This document shows, one piece after another, positions 1 to 12,000 of a stretch of 64,000 nt of DNA. The first letter of the stretch is position 1; every line of letters begins with the position of its first letter. The stretch is from contig CP170459.1 of NCBI GenBank assembly GCA_047947115.1, positions 3,168,001 through 3,232,000 on the forward strand, read 5' to 3'. The notes below the pieces were generated by a model, which was given only the letters and a program-made list of their open reading frames with translations, searched no databases and was not told where the DNA came from. A program made the position numbers and the translations under genes. Source of the stretch: Verrucomicrobiota bacterium. Its GTDB lineage: Bacteria; Verrucomicrobiota; Verrucomicrobiia; Limisphaerales; AAA164-E04.

Positions 1-1
1 A

Positions 2-3000
2 TTTGACTCCAAAGGCGACGAAGGTGCCATTTTTGCAATGCTTTTGAATCAAGAGAATCTCCGAGGACTTGATGCAGATCTGCTGAATGAGAATGATAGC
101 ATGATTATACAAATTGATGGTGAATCTGTTAATGTCGAATGTGCCAGTGCTGGAGACGTGAGCCTAGTGTTTGTTGATGGATACATTGGGACTATGGGGT
201 CAAATCCCCAACAGAATAATAACGTCAATAGATTTAGTACACTGGGAATAGACAGAATGGCTTTCTCGCAGAACGATAGCGACGGTGATGGGAACTTTAG
301 CCTCCAAGGAAATGATATTCAGGGAACACTGACAATCACTGCTGACAATGGCAATAAATACACATTGGCTGCAACAATGGTTTGGTTGGATAAATCCGGA
401 AATTCTATTGACAATTTTGGAGCGCTATTTGATGACGCATCACAATCGACTCAAACAATTGTCACCAGTAAGGGCAGCCTCACACTTCAGCTTGGAGATG
501 ATGCAAATCTCGATTCAAACGTTAGTTTAACCGCTTTAACCACGTCAAAAACCTATGCAGATGGAAGTAATATCAGTGGTAGTGCTGACAAGAATAACCT
601 GCTGAGAGCACTCAATGACTACCTTGGTGACACTGTCCAAGTGAGCACCATCACCACCAGTGACATTACCGAGGGTGATAACCTCGTTTATACGGTTACC
701 CTGGAAGCTGCTGCTCCCAGCAACGCCTACTACGCTTATATTATCAGCAGCACAGATTCAACGGTAACAAACGCAACTTTTTCAAACGGAGTGACGGTGA
801 ACACCGCAGACGGTACGATTCTCGTCCCTAATGGAGTCTCCTCATTCACAGTGACTTACAATACGAGTGACGATTCAACCGTGGAATCCACCAAAACGGC
901 CACCCTGACAGCGGGGAATTTTGCGGCGACTGCCAATATCCTTGATAATGATTCAGCCGCCCCTGAGATCAATGTGCAGGGAGGCACCCCGGCGACGGAC
1001 ATTGCCGACGGGGACACGGTTCCGAGCACGACGGACGACACGGATTTTGGCAATGTGCTGACCGGATCAAGCGATGCACACACCTTCACGATCCAGAACA
1101 CCGGGACCGGTTCATTAACGGTGGCGACGCCGACCTTCAGTGGAACGAACTCAGGAGATTTTTCGATCACGACCGCGCCGACGAGCCCTGTAGCGGCCAG
1201 CGGGAGCACGACCTTTGTGGTGACGTTCACGCCCGGGGGAACGGGAGAGCGCACGGCGACCTTGTCGTTCACCAACTCGGACGGCGATGAGAGCCCTTAC
1301 AACTTTGCGTTGAAGGGGACGGGTGTGACCCCTGAGATCAATGTGCAGGGAGGCACCCCGGCGACGGACATTGCCGACGGGGACACGGTTCCGAGCACGA
1401 CGGACGACACGGATTTTGGCAATGTGCTGACCGGATCAAGCGATGCACACACCTTCACGATCCAGAACACCGGGACCGGTTCATTAACGGTGGCGACGCC
1501 GACCTTCAGTGGAACGAACTCAGGAGATTTTTCGATCACGACCGCGCCGACGAGCCCTGTAGCGGCCAGCGGGAGCACGACCTTTGTGGTGACGTTCACG
1601 CCCGGGGGAACGGGAGAGCGCACGGCGACCTTGTCGTTCACCAACTCGGACGGCGATGAGAGCCCTTACAACTTTGCGTTGAAGGGGACGGGTGTGACCC
1701 CTGAGATCAATGTGCAGGGAGGCACCCCGGCGACGGACATTGCCGACGGGGACACGGTTCCGAGCACGACGGACGACACGGATTTTGGCAATGTGCTGAC
1801 CGGATCAAGCGATGCACACACCTTCACGATCCAGAACACCGGGACCGGTTCATTAACGGTGGCGACGCCGACCTTCAGTGGAACGAACTCAGGAGATTTT
1901 TCGATCACGACCGCGCCGACGAGCCCTGTAGCGGCCAGCGGGAGCACGACCTTTGTGGTGATGTTCACGCCCGGAGGAACAGGAGAGCGCACGGCGACCT
2001 TGTCGTTCACCAACTCGGACGGCGATGAGAGCCCCTACAACTTTGCGTTGAAGGGGACGGGTGTGACCCCTGAGATCAATGTGCAGGGAGGCACCCCGGC
2101 GACGGACATTGCCGACGGGGACACGGTTCCGAGCACGACGGACGACACGGATTTTGGCAATGTGCTGACCGGATCAAGCGATGCACACACCTTCACGATC
2201 CAGGACACCGGGACCGGTTCATTAACGGTGGCGACGCCGACCTTCAGTGGAACGAACTCAGGAGATTTTTCGATCACGACCGCGCCGACGAGCCCTGTAG
2301 CGGCCAGCGGGAGCACGACCTTTGTGGTGACGTTCACGCCCGGGGGAACGGGAGAGCGCACGGCGACCTTGTCGTTCACCAACTCGGACGGCGATGAGAG
2401 CCCTTACAACTTTGCGTTGAAGGGGACGGGTGTGACCCCTGAGATCAATGTGCAGGGAGGCACCCCGGCGACGGACATTGCCGACGGGGACACGGTTCCG
2501 AGCACGACGGACGACACGGATTTTGGCAATGTGCTGACCGGATCAAGCGATGCACACACCTTCACGATCCAGAACACCGGGACCGGTTCATTAACGGTGG
2601 CGACGCCGACCTTCAGTGGAACGAACTCAGGAGATTTTTCGATCACGACCGCGCCGACGAGCCCTGTAGCGGCCAGCGGGAGCACGACCTTTGTGGTGAC
2701 GTTCACGCCCGGGGGAACGGGAGAGCGCACGGCGACCTTGTCGTTCACCAACTCGGACGGCGATGAGAGCCCTTACAACTTTGCGTTGAAGGGGACGGGT
2801 GTGACCCCTGAGATCAATGTGCAGGGAGGCACCCCGGCGACGGACATTGCCGACGGGGACACGGTTCCGAGCACGACGGACGACACGGATTTTGGCAATG
2901 TGCTGACCGGATCAAGCGATGCACACACCTTCACGATCCAGAACACCGGGACCGGTTCATTAACGGTGGCGACGCCGACCTTCAGTGGAACGAACTCAGG

Positions 3001-6000
3001 AGATTTTTCGATCACGACCGCGCCGACGAGCCCTGTAGCGGCCAGCGGGAGCACGACCTTTGTGGTGACGTTCACGCCCGGGGGAACGGGAGAGCGCACG
3101 GCGACCTTGTCGTTCACCAACTCGGACGGCGATGAGAGCCCTTACAACTTTGCGTTGAAGGGGACGGGTGTGACCCCTGAGATCAATGTGCAGGGAGGCA
3201 CCCCGGCGACGGACATTGCCGACGGGGACACGGTTCCGAGCACGACGGACGACACGGATTTTGGCAATGTGCTGACCGGATCAAGCGATGCACACACCTT
3301 CACGATCCAGAACACCGGGACCGGTTCATTAACGGTGGCGACGCCGACCTTCAGTGGAACGAACTCAGGAGATTTTTCGATCACGACCGCGCCGACGAGC
3401 CCTGTAGCGGCCAGCGGGAGCACGACCTTTGTGGTGACGTTCACGCCCGGGGGAACGGGAGAGCGCACGGCGACCTTGTCGTTCACCAACTCGGACGGCG
3501 ATGAGAGCCCTTACAACTTTGCGTTGAAGGGGACGGGTGTGACCCCTGAGATCAATGTGCAGGGAGGCACCCCGGCGACGGACATTGCCGACGGGGACAC
3601 GGTTCCGAGCACGACGGACGACACGGATTTTGGCAATGTGCTGACCGGATCAAGCGATGCACACACCTTCACGATCCAGAACACCGGGACCGGTTCATTA
3701 ACGGTGGCGACGCCGACCTTCAGTGGAACGAACTCAGGAGATTTTTCGATCACGACCGCGCCGACGAGCCCTGTAGCGGCCAGCGGGAGCACGACCTTTG
3801 TGGTGACGTTCACGCCCGGGGGAACGGGAGAGCGCACGGCGACCTTGTCGTTCACCAACTCGGACGGCGATGAGAGCCCTTACAACTTTGCGTTGAAGGG
3901 GACGGGTGTGACCCCTGAGATCAATGTGCAGGGAGGCACCCCGGCGACGGACATTGCCGACGGGGACACGGTTCCGAGCACGACGGACGACACGGATTTT
4001 GGCAATGTGCTGACCGGATCAAGCGATGCACACACCTTCACGATCCAGAACACCGGGACCGGTTCATTAACGGTGGCGACGCCGACCTTCAGTGGAACGA
4101 ACTCAGGAGATTTTTCGATCACGACCGCGCCGACGAGCCCTGTAGCGGCCAGCGGGAGCACGACCTTTGTGGTGACGTTCACGCCCGGGGGAACGGGAGA
4201 GCGCACGGCGACCTTGTCGTTCACCAACTCGGACGGCGATGAGAGCCCTTACAACTTTGCGTTGAAGGGGACGGGTGTGACCCCTGAGATCAATGTGCAG
4301 GGAGGCACCCCGGCGACGGACATTGCCGACGGGGACACGGTTCCGAGCACGACGGACGACACGGATTTTGGCAATGTGCTGACCGGATCAAGCGATGCAC
4401 ACACCTTCACGATCCAGAACACCGGGACCGGTTCATTAACGGTGGCGACGCCGACCTTCAGTGGAACGAACTCAGGAGATTTTTCGATCACGACCGCGCC
4501 GACGAGCCCTGTAGCGGCCAGCGGGAGCACGACCTTTGTGGTGATGTTCACGCCCGGAGGAACAGGAGAGCGCACGGCGACCTTGTCGTTCACCAACTCG
4601 GACGGCGATGAGAGCCCCTACAACTTTGCGTTGAAGGGGACGGGTGTGACCCCTGAGATCAATGTGCAGGGAGGCACCCCGGCGACGGACATTGCCGACG
4701 GGGACACGGTTCCGAGCACGACGGACGACACGGATTTTGGCAATGTGCTGACCGGATCAAGCGATGCACACACCTTCACGATCCAGAACACCGGGACCGG
4801 TTCATTAACGGTGGCGACGCCGACCTTCAGTGGAACGAACTCAGGAGATTTTTCGATCACGACCGCGCCGACGAGCCCTGTAGCGGCCAGCGGGAGCACG
4901 ACCTTTGTGGTGACGTTCACGCCCGGGGGAACGGGAGAGCGCACGGCGACCTTGTCGTTCACCAACTCGGACGGCGATGAGAGCCCTTACAACTTTGCGT
5001 TGAAGGGGACGGGTGTGACCCCTGAGATCAATGTGCAGGGAGGCACCCCGGCGACGGACATTGCCGACGGGGACACGGTTCCGAGCACGACGGACGACAC
5101 GGATTTTGGCAATGTGCTGACCGGATCAAGCGATGCACACACCTTCACGATCCAGAACACCGGGACCGGTTCATTAACGGTGGCGACGCCGACCTTCAGT
5201 GGAACGAACTCAGGAGATTTTTCGATCACGACCGCGCCGACGAGCCCTGTAGCGGCCAGCGGGAGCACGACCTTTGTGGTGACGTTCACGCCCGGGGGAA
5301 CGGGAGAGCGCACGGCGACCTTGTCGTTCACCAACTCGGACGGCGATGAGAGCCCTTACAACTTTGCGTTGAAGGGGACGGGTGTGACCCCTGAGATCAA
5401 TGTGCAGGGAGGCACCCCGGCGACGGACATTGCCGACGGGGACACGGTTCCGAGCACGACGGACGACACGGATTTTGGCAATGTGCTGACCGGATCAAGC
5501 GATGCACACACCTTCACGATCCAGAACACCGGGACCGGTTCATTAACGGTGGCGACGCCGACCTTCAGTGGAACGAACTCAGGAGATTTTTCGATCACGA
5601 CCGCGCCGACGAGCCCTGTAGCGGCCAGCGGGAGCACGACCTTTGTGGTGACGTTCACGCCCGGGGGAACGGGAGAGCGCACGGCGACCTTGTCGTTCAC
5701 CAACTCGGACGGCGATGAGAGCCCTTACAACTTTGCGTTGAAGGGGACGGGTGTGACCCCTGAGATCAATGTGCAGGGAGGCACCCCGGCGACGGACATT
5801 GCCGACGGGGACACGGTTCCGAGCACGACGGACGACACGGATTTTGGCAATGTGCTGACCGGATCAAGCGATGCACACACCTTCACGATCCAGAACACCG
5901 GGACCGGTTCATTAACGGTGGCGACGCCGACCTTCAGTGGAACGAACTCAGGAGATTTTTCGATCACGACCGCGCCGACGAGCCCTGTAGCGGCCAGCGG

Positions 6001-9000
6001 GAGCACGACCTTTGTGGTGACGTTCACGCCCGGGGGAACGGGAGAGCGCACGGCGACCTTGTCGTTCACCAACTCGGACGGCGATGAGAGCCCTTACAAC
6101 TTTGCGTTGAAGGGGACGGGTGTGACCCCTGAGATCAATGTGCAGGGAGGCACCCCGGCGACGGACATTGCCGACGGGGACACGGTTCCGAGCACGACGG
6201 ACGACACGGATTTTGGCAATGTGCTGACCGGATCAAGCGATGCACACACCTTCACGATCCAGAACACCGGGACCGGTTCATTAACGGTGGCGACGCCGAC
6301 CTTCAGTGGAACGAACTCAGGAGATTTTTCGATCACGACCGCGCCGACGAGCCCTGTAGCGGCCAGCGGGAGCACGACCTTTGTGGTGACGTTCACGCCC
6401 GGGGGAACGGGAGAGCGCACGGCGACCTTGTCGTTCACCAACTCGGACGGCGATGAGAGCCCTTACAACTTTGCGTTGAAGGGGACGGGTGTGACCCCTG
6501 AGATCAATGTGCAGGGAGGCACCCCGGCGACGGACATTGCCGACGGGGACACGGTTCCGAGCACGACGGACGACACGGATTTTGGCAATGTGCTGACCGG
6601 ATCAAGCGATGCACACACCTTCACGATCCAGAACACCGGGACCGGTTCATTAACGGTGGCGACGCCGACCTTCAGTGGAACGAACTCAGGAGATTTTTCG
6701 ATCACGACCGCGCCGACGAGCCCTGTAGCGGCCAGCGGGAGCACGACCTTTGTGGTGATGTTCACGCCCGGAGGAACAGGAGAGCGCACGGCGACCTTGT
6801 CGTTCACCAACTCGGACGGCGATGAGAGCCCCTACAACTTTGCGTTGAAGGGGACGGGTGTGACCCCTGAGATCAATGTGCAGGGAGGCACCCCGGCGAC
6901 GGACATTGCCGACGGGGACACGGTTCCGAGCACGACGGACGACACGGATTTTGGCAATGTGCTGACCGGATCAAGCGATGCACACACCTTCACGATCCAG
7001 AACACCGGGACCGGTTCATTAACGGTGGCGACGCCGACCTTCAGTGGAACGAACTCAGGAGATTTTTCGATCACGACCGCGCCGACGAGCCCTGTAGCGG
7101 CCAGCGGGAGCACGACCTTTGTGGTGACGTTCACGCCCGGGGGAACGGGAGAGCGCACGGCGACCTTGTCGTTCACCAACTCGGACGGCGATGAGAGCCC
7201 TTACAACTTTGCGTTGAAGGGGACGGGTGTGACCCCTGAGATCAATGTGCAGGGAGGCACCCCGGCGACGGACATTGCCGACGGGGACACGGTTCCGAGC
7301 ACGACGGACGACACGGATTTTGGCAATGTGCTGACCGGATCAAGCGATGCACACACCTTCACGATCCAGAACACCGGGACCGGTTCATTAACGGTGGCGA
7401 CGCCGACCTTCAGTGGAACGAACTCAGGAGATTTTTCGATCACGACCGCGCCGACGAGCCCTGTAGCGGCCAGCGGGAGCACGACCTTTGTGGTGATGTT
7501 CACGCCCGGAGGAACAGGAGAGCGCACGGCGACCTTGTCGTTCACCAACTCGGACGGCGATGAGAGCCCCTACAACTTTGCGTTGAAGGGGACGGGTGTG
7601 ACCCCTGAGATCAATGTGCAGGGAGGCACCCCGGCGACGGACATTGCCGACGGGGACACGGTTCCGAGCACGACGGACGACACGGATTTTGGCAATGTGC
7701 TGACCGGATCAAGCGATGCACACACCTTCACGATCCAGAACGCCGGGACCGGTTCATTAACGGTGGCGACGCCGACCTTCAGTGGAACGAACTCAGGAGA
7801 TTTTTCGATCACGACCGCGCCGACGAGCCCTGTAGCGGCCAGCGGGAGCACGACCTTTGTGGTGACGTTCACGCCCGGGGGAACGGGAGAGCGCACGGCG
7901 ACCTTGTCGTTCACCAACTCGGACGGCGATGAGAGCCCTTACAACTTTGCGTTGAAGGGGACGGGTGTGACCCCTGAGATCAACCTGGTGGGCAACAGTA
8001 ACAACATTGCTGATGACACAGGTCATACGCCATCAACCACGGATGATACCGATTTTGGAAATGTAGACACAGTGGCCGGAACGGACGTCAACACCTTTAC
8101 GATCGAAAACACGGGAACCGGAACCTTGACCGTGGGCACGATCACGATCAGTGGTGCCAACGCCGCGGACTTTACCGCCGGCACCCCAACGAGCACGAGC
8201 ATTGCAGCTGGCGGAACAGCCACTTTTACTCTGACGTTTAATCCGAGTGCTGACGGCGAACGCACGGCGAGCATCTCAATTACCAGTGATGACGGAGACG
8301 AGAACCCATACAACTTCAATCTGAAGGGAACAGGGACTTCACCAGAGATCAACCTGGTCGGTAACAGCAACAACATCGCCGATGACACCGGTCATACGCC
8401 ATCGACGACCGATGATACCGATTTTGGCGATGTGGATACGGCAGCTGGAACGGACGTCAACACCTTCACGATTCAGAACACCGGGACGGGAACTTTGACT
8501 GTGGGAACCATCACGATCAGTGGGACCAACGCAGCGGACTTTACAGCCGGCACACCAACAAGCACGAGCATTGCTGCTGGAGGCACGGCGACCTTTACCT
8601 TGACCTTCAACCCAAGTGGTGACGGCGAACGCACGGCAAGTATTGCGATCGCCAGTGATGATGGAGATGAAAATCTATATAACTTCAATCTGAAGGGAAC
8701 AGGGACTTCACCAGAGATCAACCTGGTGGGTAACAGCAATAATATTGCAGACGATACTGGTCACACGCCATCGACTACGGATGACACCGACTTTGGGAAC
8801 GTTGATACGGCTTCTGGTACTGATGTGAATACGTTTACGATCCAGAACACTGGCACAGGCACGTTGACCGTAGGAACAATTACGATTAGTGGCACCAACG
8901 CCTCGGACTTTACCGCCGGCACCCCAACGAGCACGAGTATTGCAGCTGGCGGAACAGCCACGTTTACTCTGACGTTTAATCCGAGTGCTGACGGCGAACG

Positions 9001-12000
9001 CACGGCGAGCATCTCAATTGCCAGTGATGACGGAGACGAGAACCCATACAACTTCAATCTGAAGGGAACAGGAACTTCACCTGAAATCAACCTGGTGGGT
9101 AACAGCAACAACATCGCCGATGACACCGGTCATACGCCATCGACGACCGATGATACCGATTTTGGCGATGTGGATACGGCAGCTGGAACGGACGTCAACA
9201 CCTTCACGATTCAGAACACCGGGACGGGAACTTTGACTGTGGGAACCATCACGATCAGTGGGACCAACGCAGCGGACTTTACAGCCGGCACACCAACAAG
9301 CACGAGCATTGCTGCTGGAGGCACGGCGACCTTTACCTTGACCTTCAACCCAAGTGGTGACGGCGAACGCACGGCAAGTATTGCGATCGCCAGTGATGAT
9401 GGCGACGAGAACCCGTACAACTTCAACCTGAAAGGAACGGGGACTTCACCTGAGATCAACCTGGTGGGTAACAGCAACAACATTGCTGATGACACAGGTC
9501 ACACGCCATCGACGACCGATGATACCGATTTTGGCAATGTGGACACGGCAGCTGGAACGGACGTCAACACCTTCACGATTCAGAACACCGGGACGGGAAC
9601 TTTGACTGTGGGAACCATCACGATCAGTGGAACCAACGCAGCGGACTTTACAGCCGGCACACCAACAAGCACGAGTATTGCAGCTGGCGGAACAGCAACG
9701 TTTACTCTGACGTTTAATCCGAGTGCTGACGGCGAACGCACGGCGAACATCTCAATTGCCAGTGATGACGGAGACGAGAACCCATACAACTTCAACCTGA
9801 AGGGAACAGGAACTTCACCTGAGATCAACCTGGTGGGTAACAGCAACAACATCGCCGATGACACCGGTCATACGCCATCGACGACCGATGATACCGATTT
9901 TGGCGATGTGGATACGGCATCTGGAACGGACGTCAACACCTTTACGATTCAGAACACCGGGACGGGAACTTTGACTGTGGGAACCATCACGATCAGTGGA
10001 ACCAACGCAGCGGACTTTACAGCCGGCACCCCAACAAGCACGAGTATTGCAGCTGGCGGAACAGCAACGTTTACTCTGACGTTTAATCCGAGTGCTGACG
10101 GCGAACGCACGGCGAGCATCTCAATTGCCAGTGATGACGGAGACGAGAACCCATACAACTTCAACCTGAAGGGAACAGGAACTTCACCTGAAATCAACCT
10201 GGTGGGTAACAGCAACAACATCGCCGATGACACCGGTCATACGCCATCGACGACCGATGATACCGATTTTGGCAATGTGGACACGGCAGCTGGAACGGAC
10301 GTCAACACCTTCACGATTCAGAACACCGGGACGGGAACTTTGACCGTGGGAACCATCACGATCAGTGGAACCAACGCAGCGGACTTTACAGCCGACACCC
10401 CAACAAGCACGAGCATTGCTGCTGGAGGCACGGCGACCTTTACCTTGACCTTCAACCCAAGTGGTGACGGCAAACGCACGGCAAGTATTGCGATCGCCAG
10501 TGATGATGGAGATGAAAATCCATATAACTTCAATCTGAAGGGAACAGGGACTTCACCAGAGATCAACCTGGTGGGTAACAGCAATAATATTGCAGACGAT
10601 ACTGGTCACACGCCATCGACTACGGATGACACCGACTTCGGGAACGTTGATACGGCTTCTGGCACGGATGTTAATACGTTTACGATCCAGAACACTGGCA
10701 CAGGCACGTTGACCGTAGGAACAATTGCGATTAGTGGCACCAACGCCTCGGACTTTAGTGCCGGTACCCCAACGAGCACGAGCATCGCAGCAGGCGGCAC
10801 GGCCACCTTTACACTGACCTTCAATCCAAGTGGTGACGGCGAACGCACGGCAAGTATTGCGATTGCCAGTGATGATGGAGATGAAAACCCTTACAACTTC
10901 AATCTGAAGGGAACAGGGACTTCTCCAGAAATTAATGTCCAAGGAAATGCCATCAATATCGTTGATGGTGATACAAGTCCAAATACAAATGACAATACGG
11001 ACTTTGGTAATGTATTGACAGGTTCCAGTGATGCCCATTCCTTTACCATCCTAAACGTTGGATCAGGTGATTTAACGGTGGCGACCCCTACGTTCAGCGG
11101 GACTCATGCCACAGATTTTTCCATTACAACCACACCGAGTAGTCCTGTTGGGGCTTCTTCGAATACCTCGTTTGTGGTGACGTTTACTCCAGGAGGTACT
11201 GGAGTGCGCACAGCAACATTGTCGTTTACGAATTCCGATGGTGATGAGAATCCTTATAACTTTGATCTTCAGGGAACTGGGGTAACCCCTGAAATCAATG
11301 TCCAAGGTAATTCCATCGACATTGTGGATGGTGATACATCGCCATCAACAGCTGACGATACGGATTTTGGTGATGTGCTGACTGGTTCGAGTGATGCTCA
11401 TACGTTTACCGTTCAGAATACCGGGACCGGCACCCTGACGGTGGTGACTCCTACCTTCAGTGGTACCCATGCTGCAGATTTTTCAATCACCACGGTTCCA
11501 AGTAGTCCAGTCGCTGCAAGTAGCGATACGACTTTTGTAGTGACCTTTACCCCCGGAGGAACCGGGACGCGCACAGCTTCGTTGTCCTTCACCAATTCTG
11601 ATGGAGATGAAAGTCCCTACGATTTTGATTTACAGGGAACAGGGGTGGTTCCGGAAATGAACGTTCAAGGAAACGGGACGGATATCGCTTCGGGTGATAC
11701 AACTCCGGCAACTTCAGATGATACTGATTTCGGAAGCGTGAATGTCAGCGGAGCAACTCAGCCCAAAACGTTCACCATTCAAAATACCGGCACAGGTATG
11801 TTGAGTATAACGGGGACACCTCTGGTAGATATCACAGGCGCTGACAAGTCACATTTTTCGGTGACAACCGATCCTTCCAACAGTGTGGTAGCAAGCGCCG
11901 ATACAACCTTTGTCGTGACTTTTGATCCGAGTTCATCCGGAACGAAAACGGCAACTATATCTATAGCGAACAGTGACTCTGACGAGAATCCCTATACTTT

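Noticed and set aside
962..7972. CRISPR array or DGR template/variable repeats
   Set aside because: Units are contiguous in-frame 369-bp coding repeats without spacers. The two private A>G changes (~2204, ~7742) are too few for DGR mutagenesis, and no reverse transcriptase or cas gene is present.
856..10850. Dozens of repeated 88-139 aa minus-strand ORFs
   Set aside because: Antisense shadows of the adhesin repeats; their periodicity and V/P/S bias follow from the sense codons.
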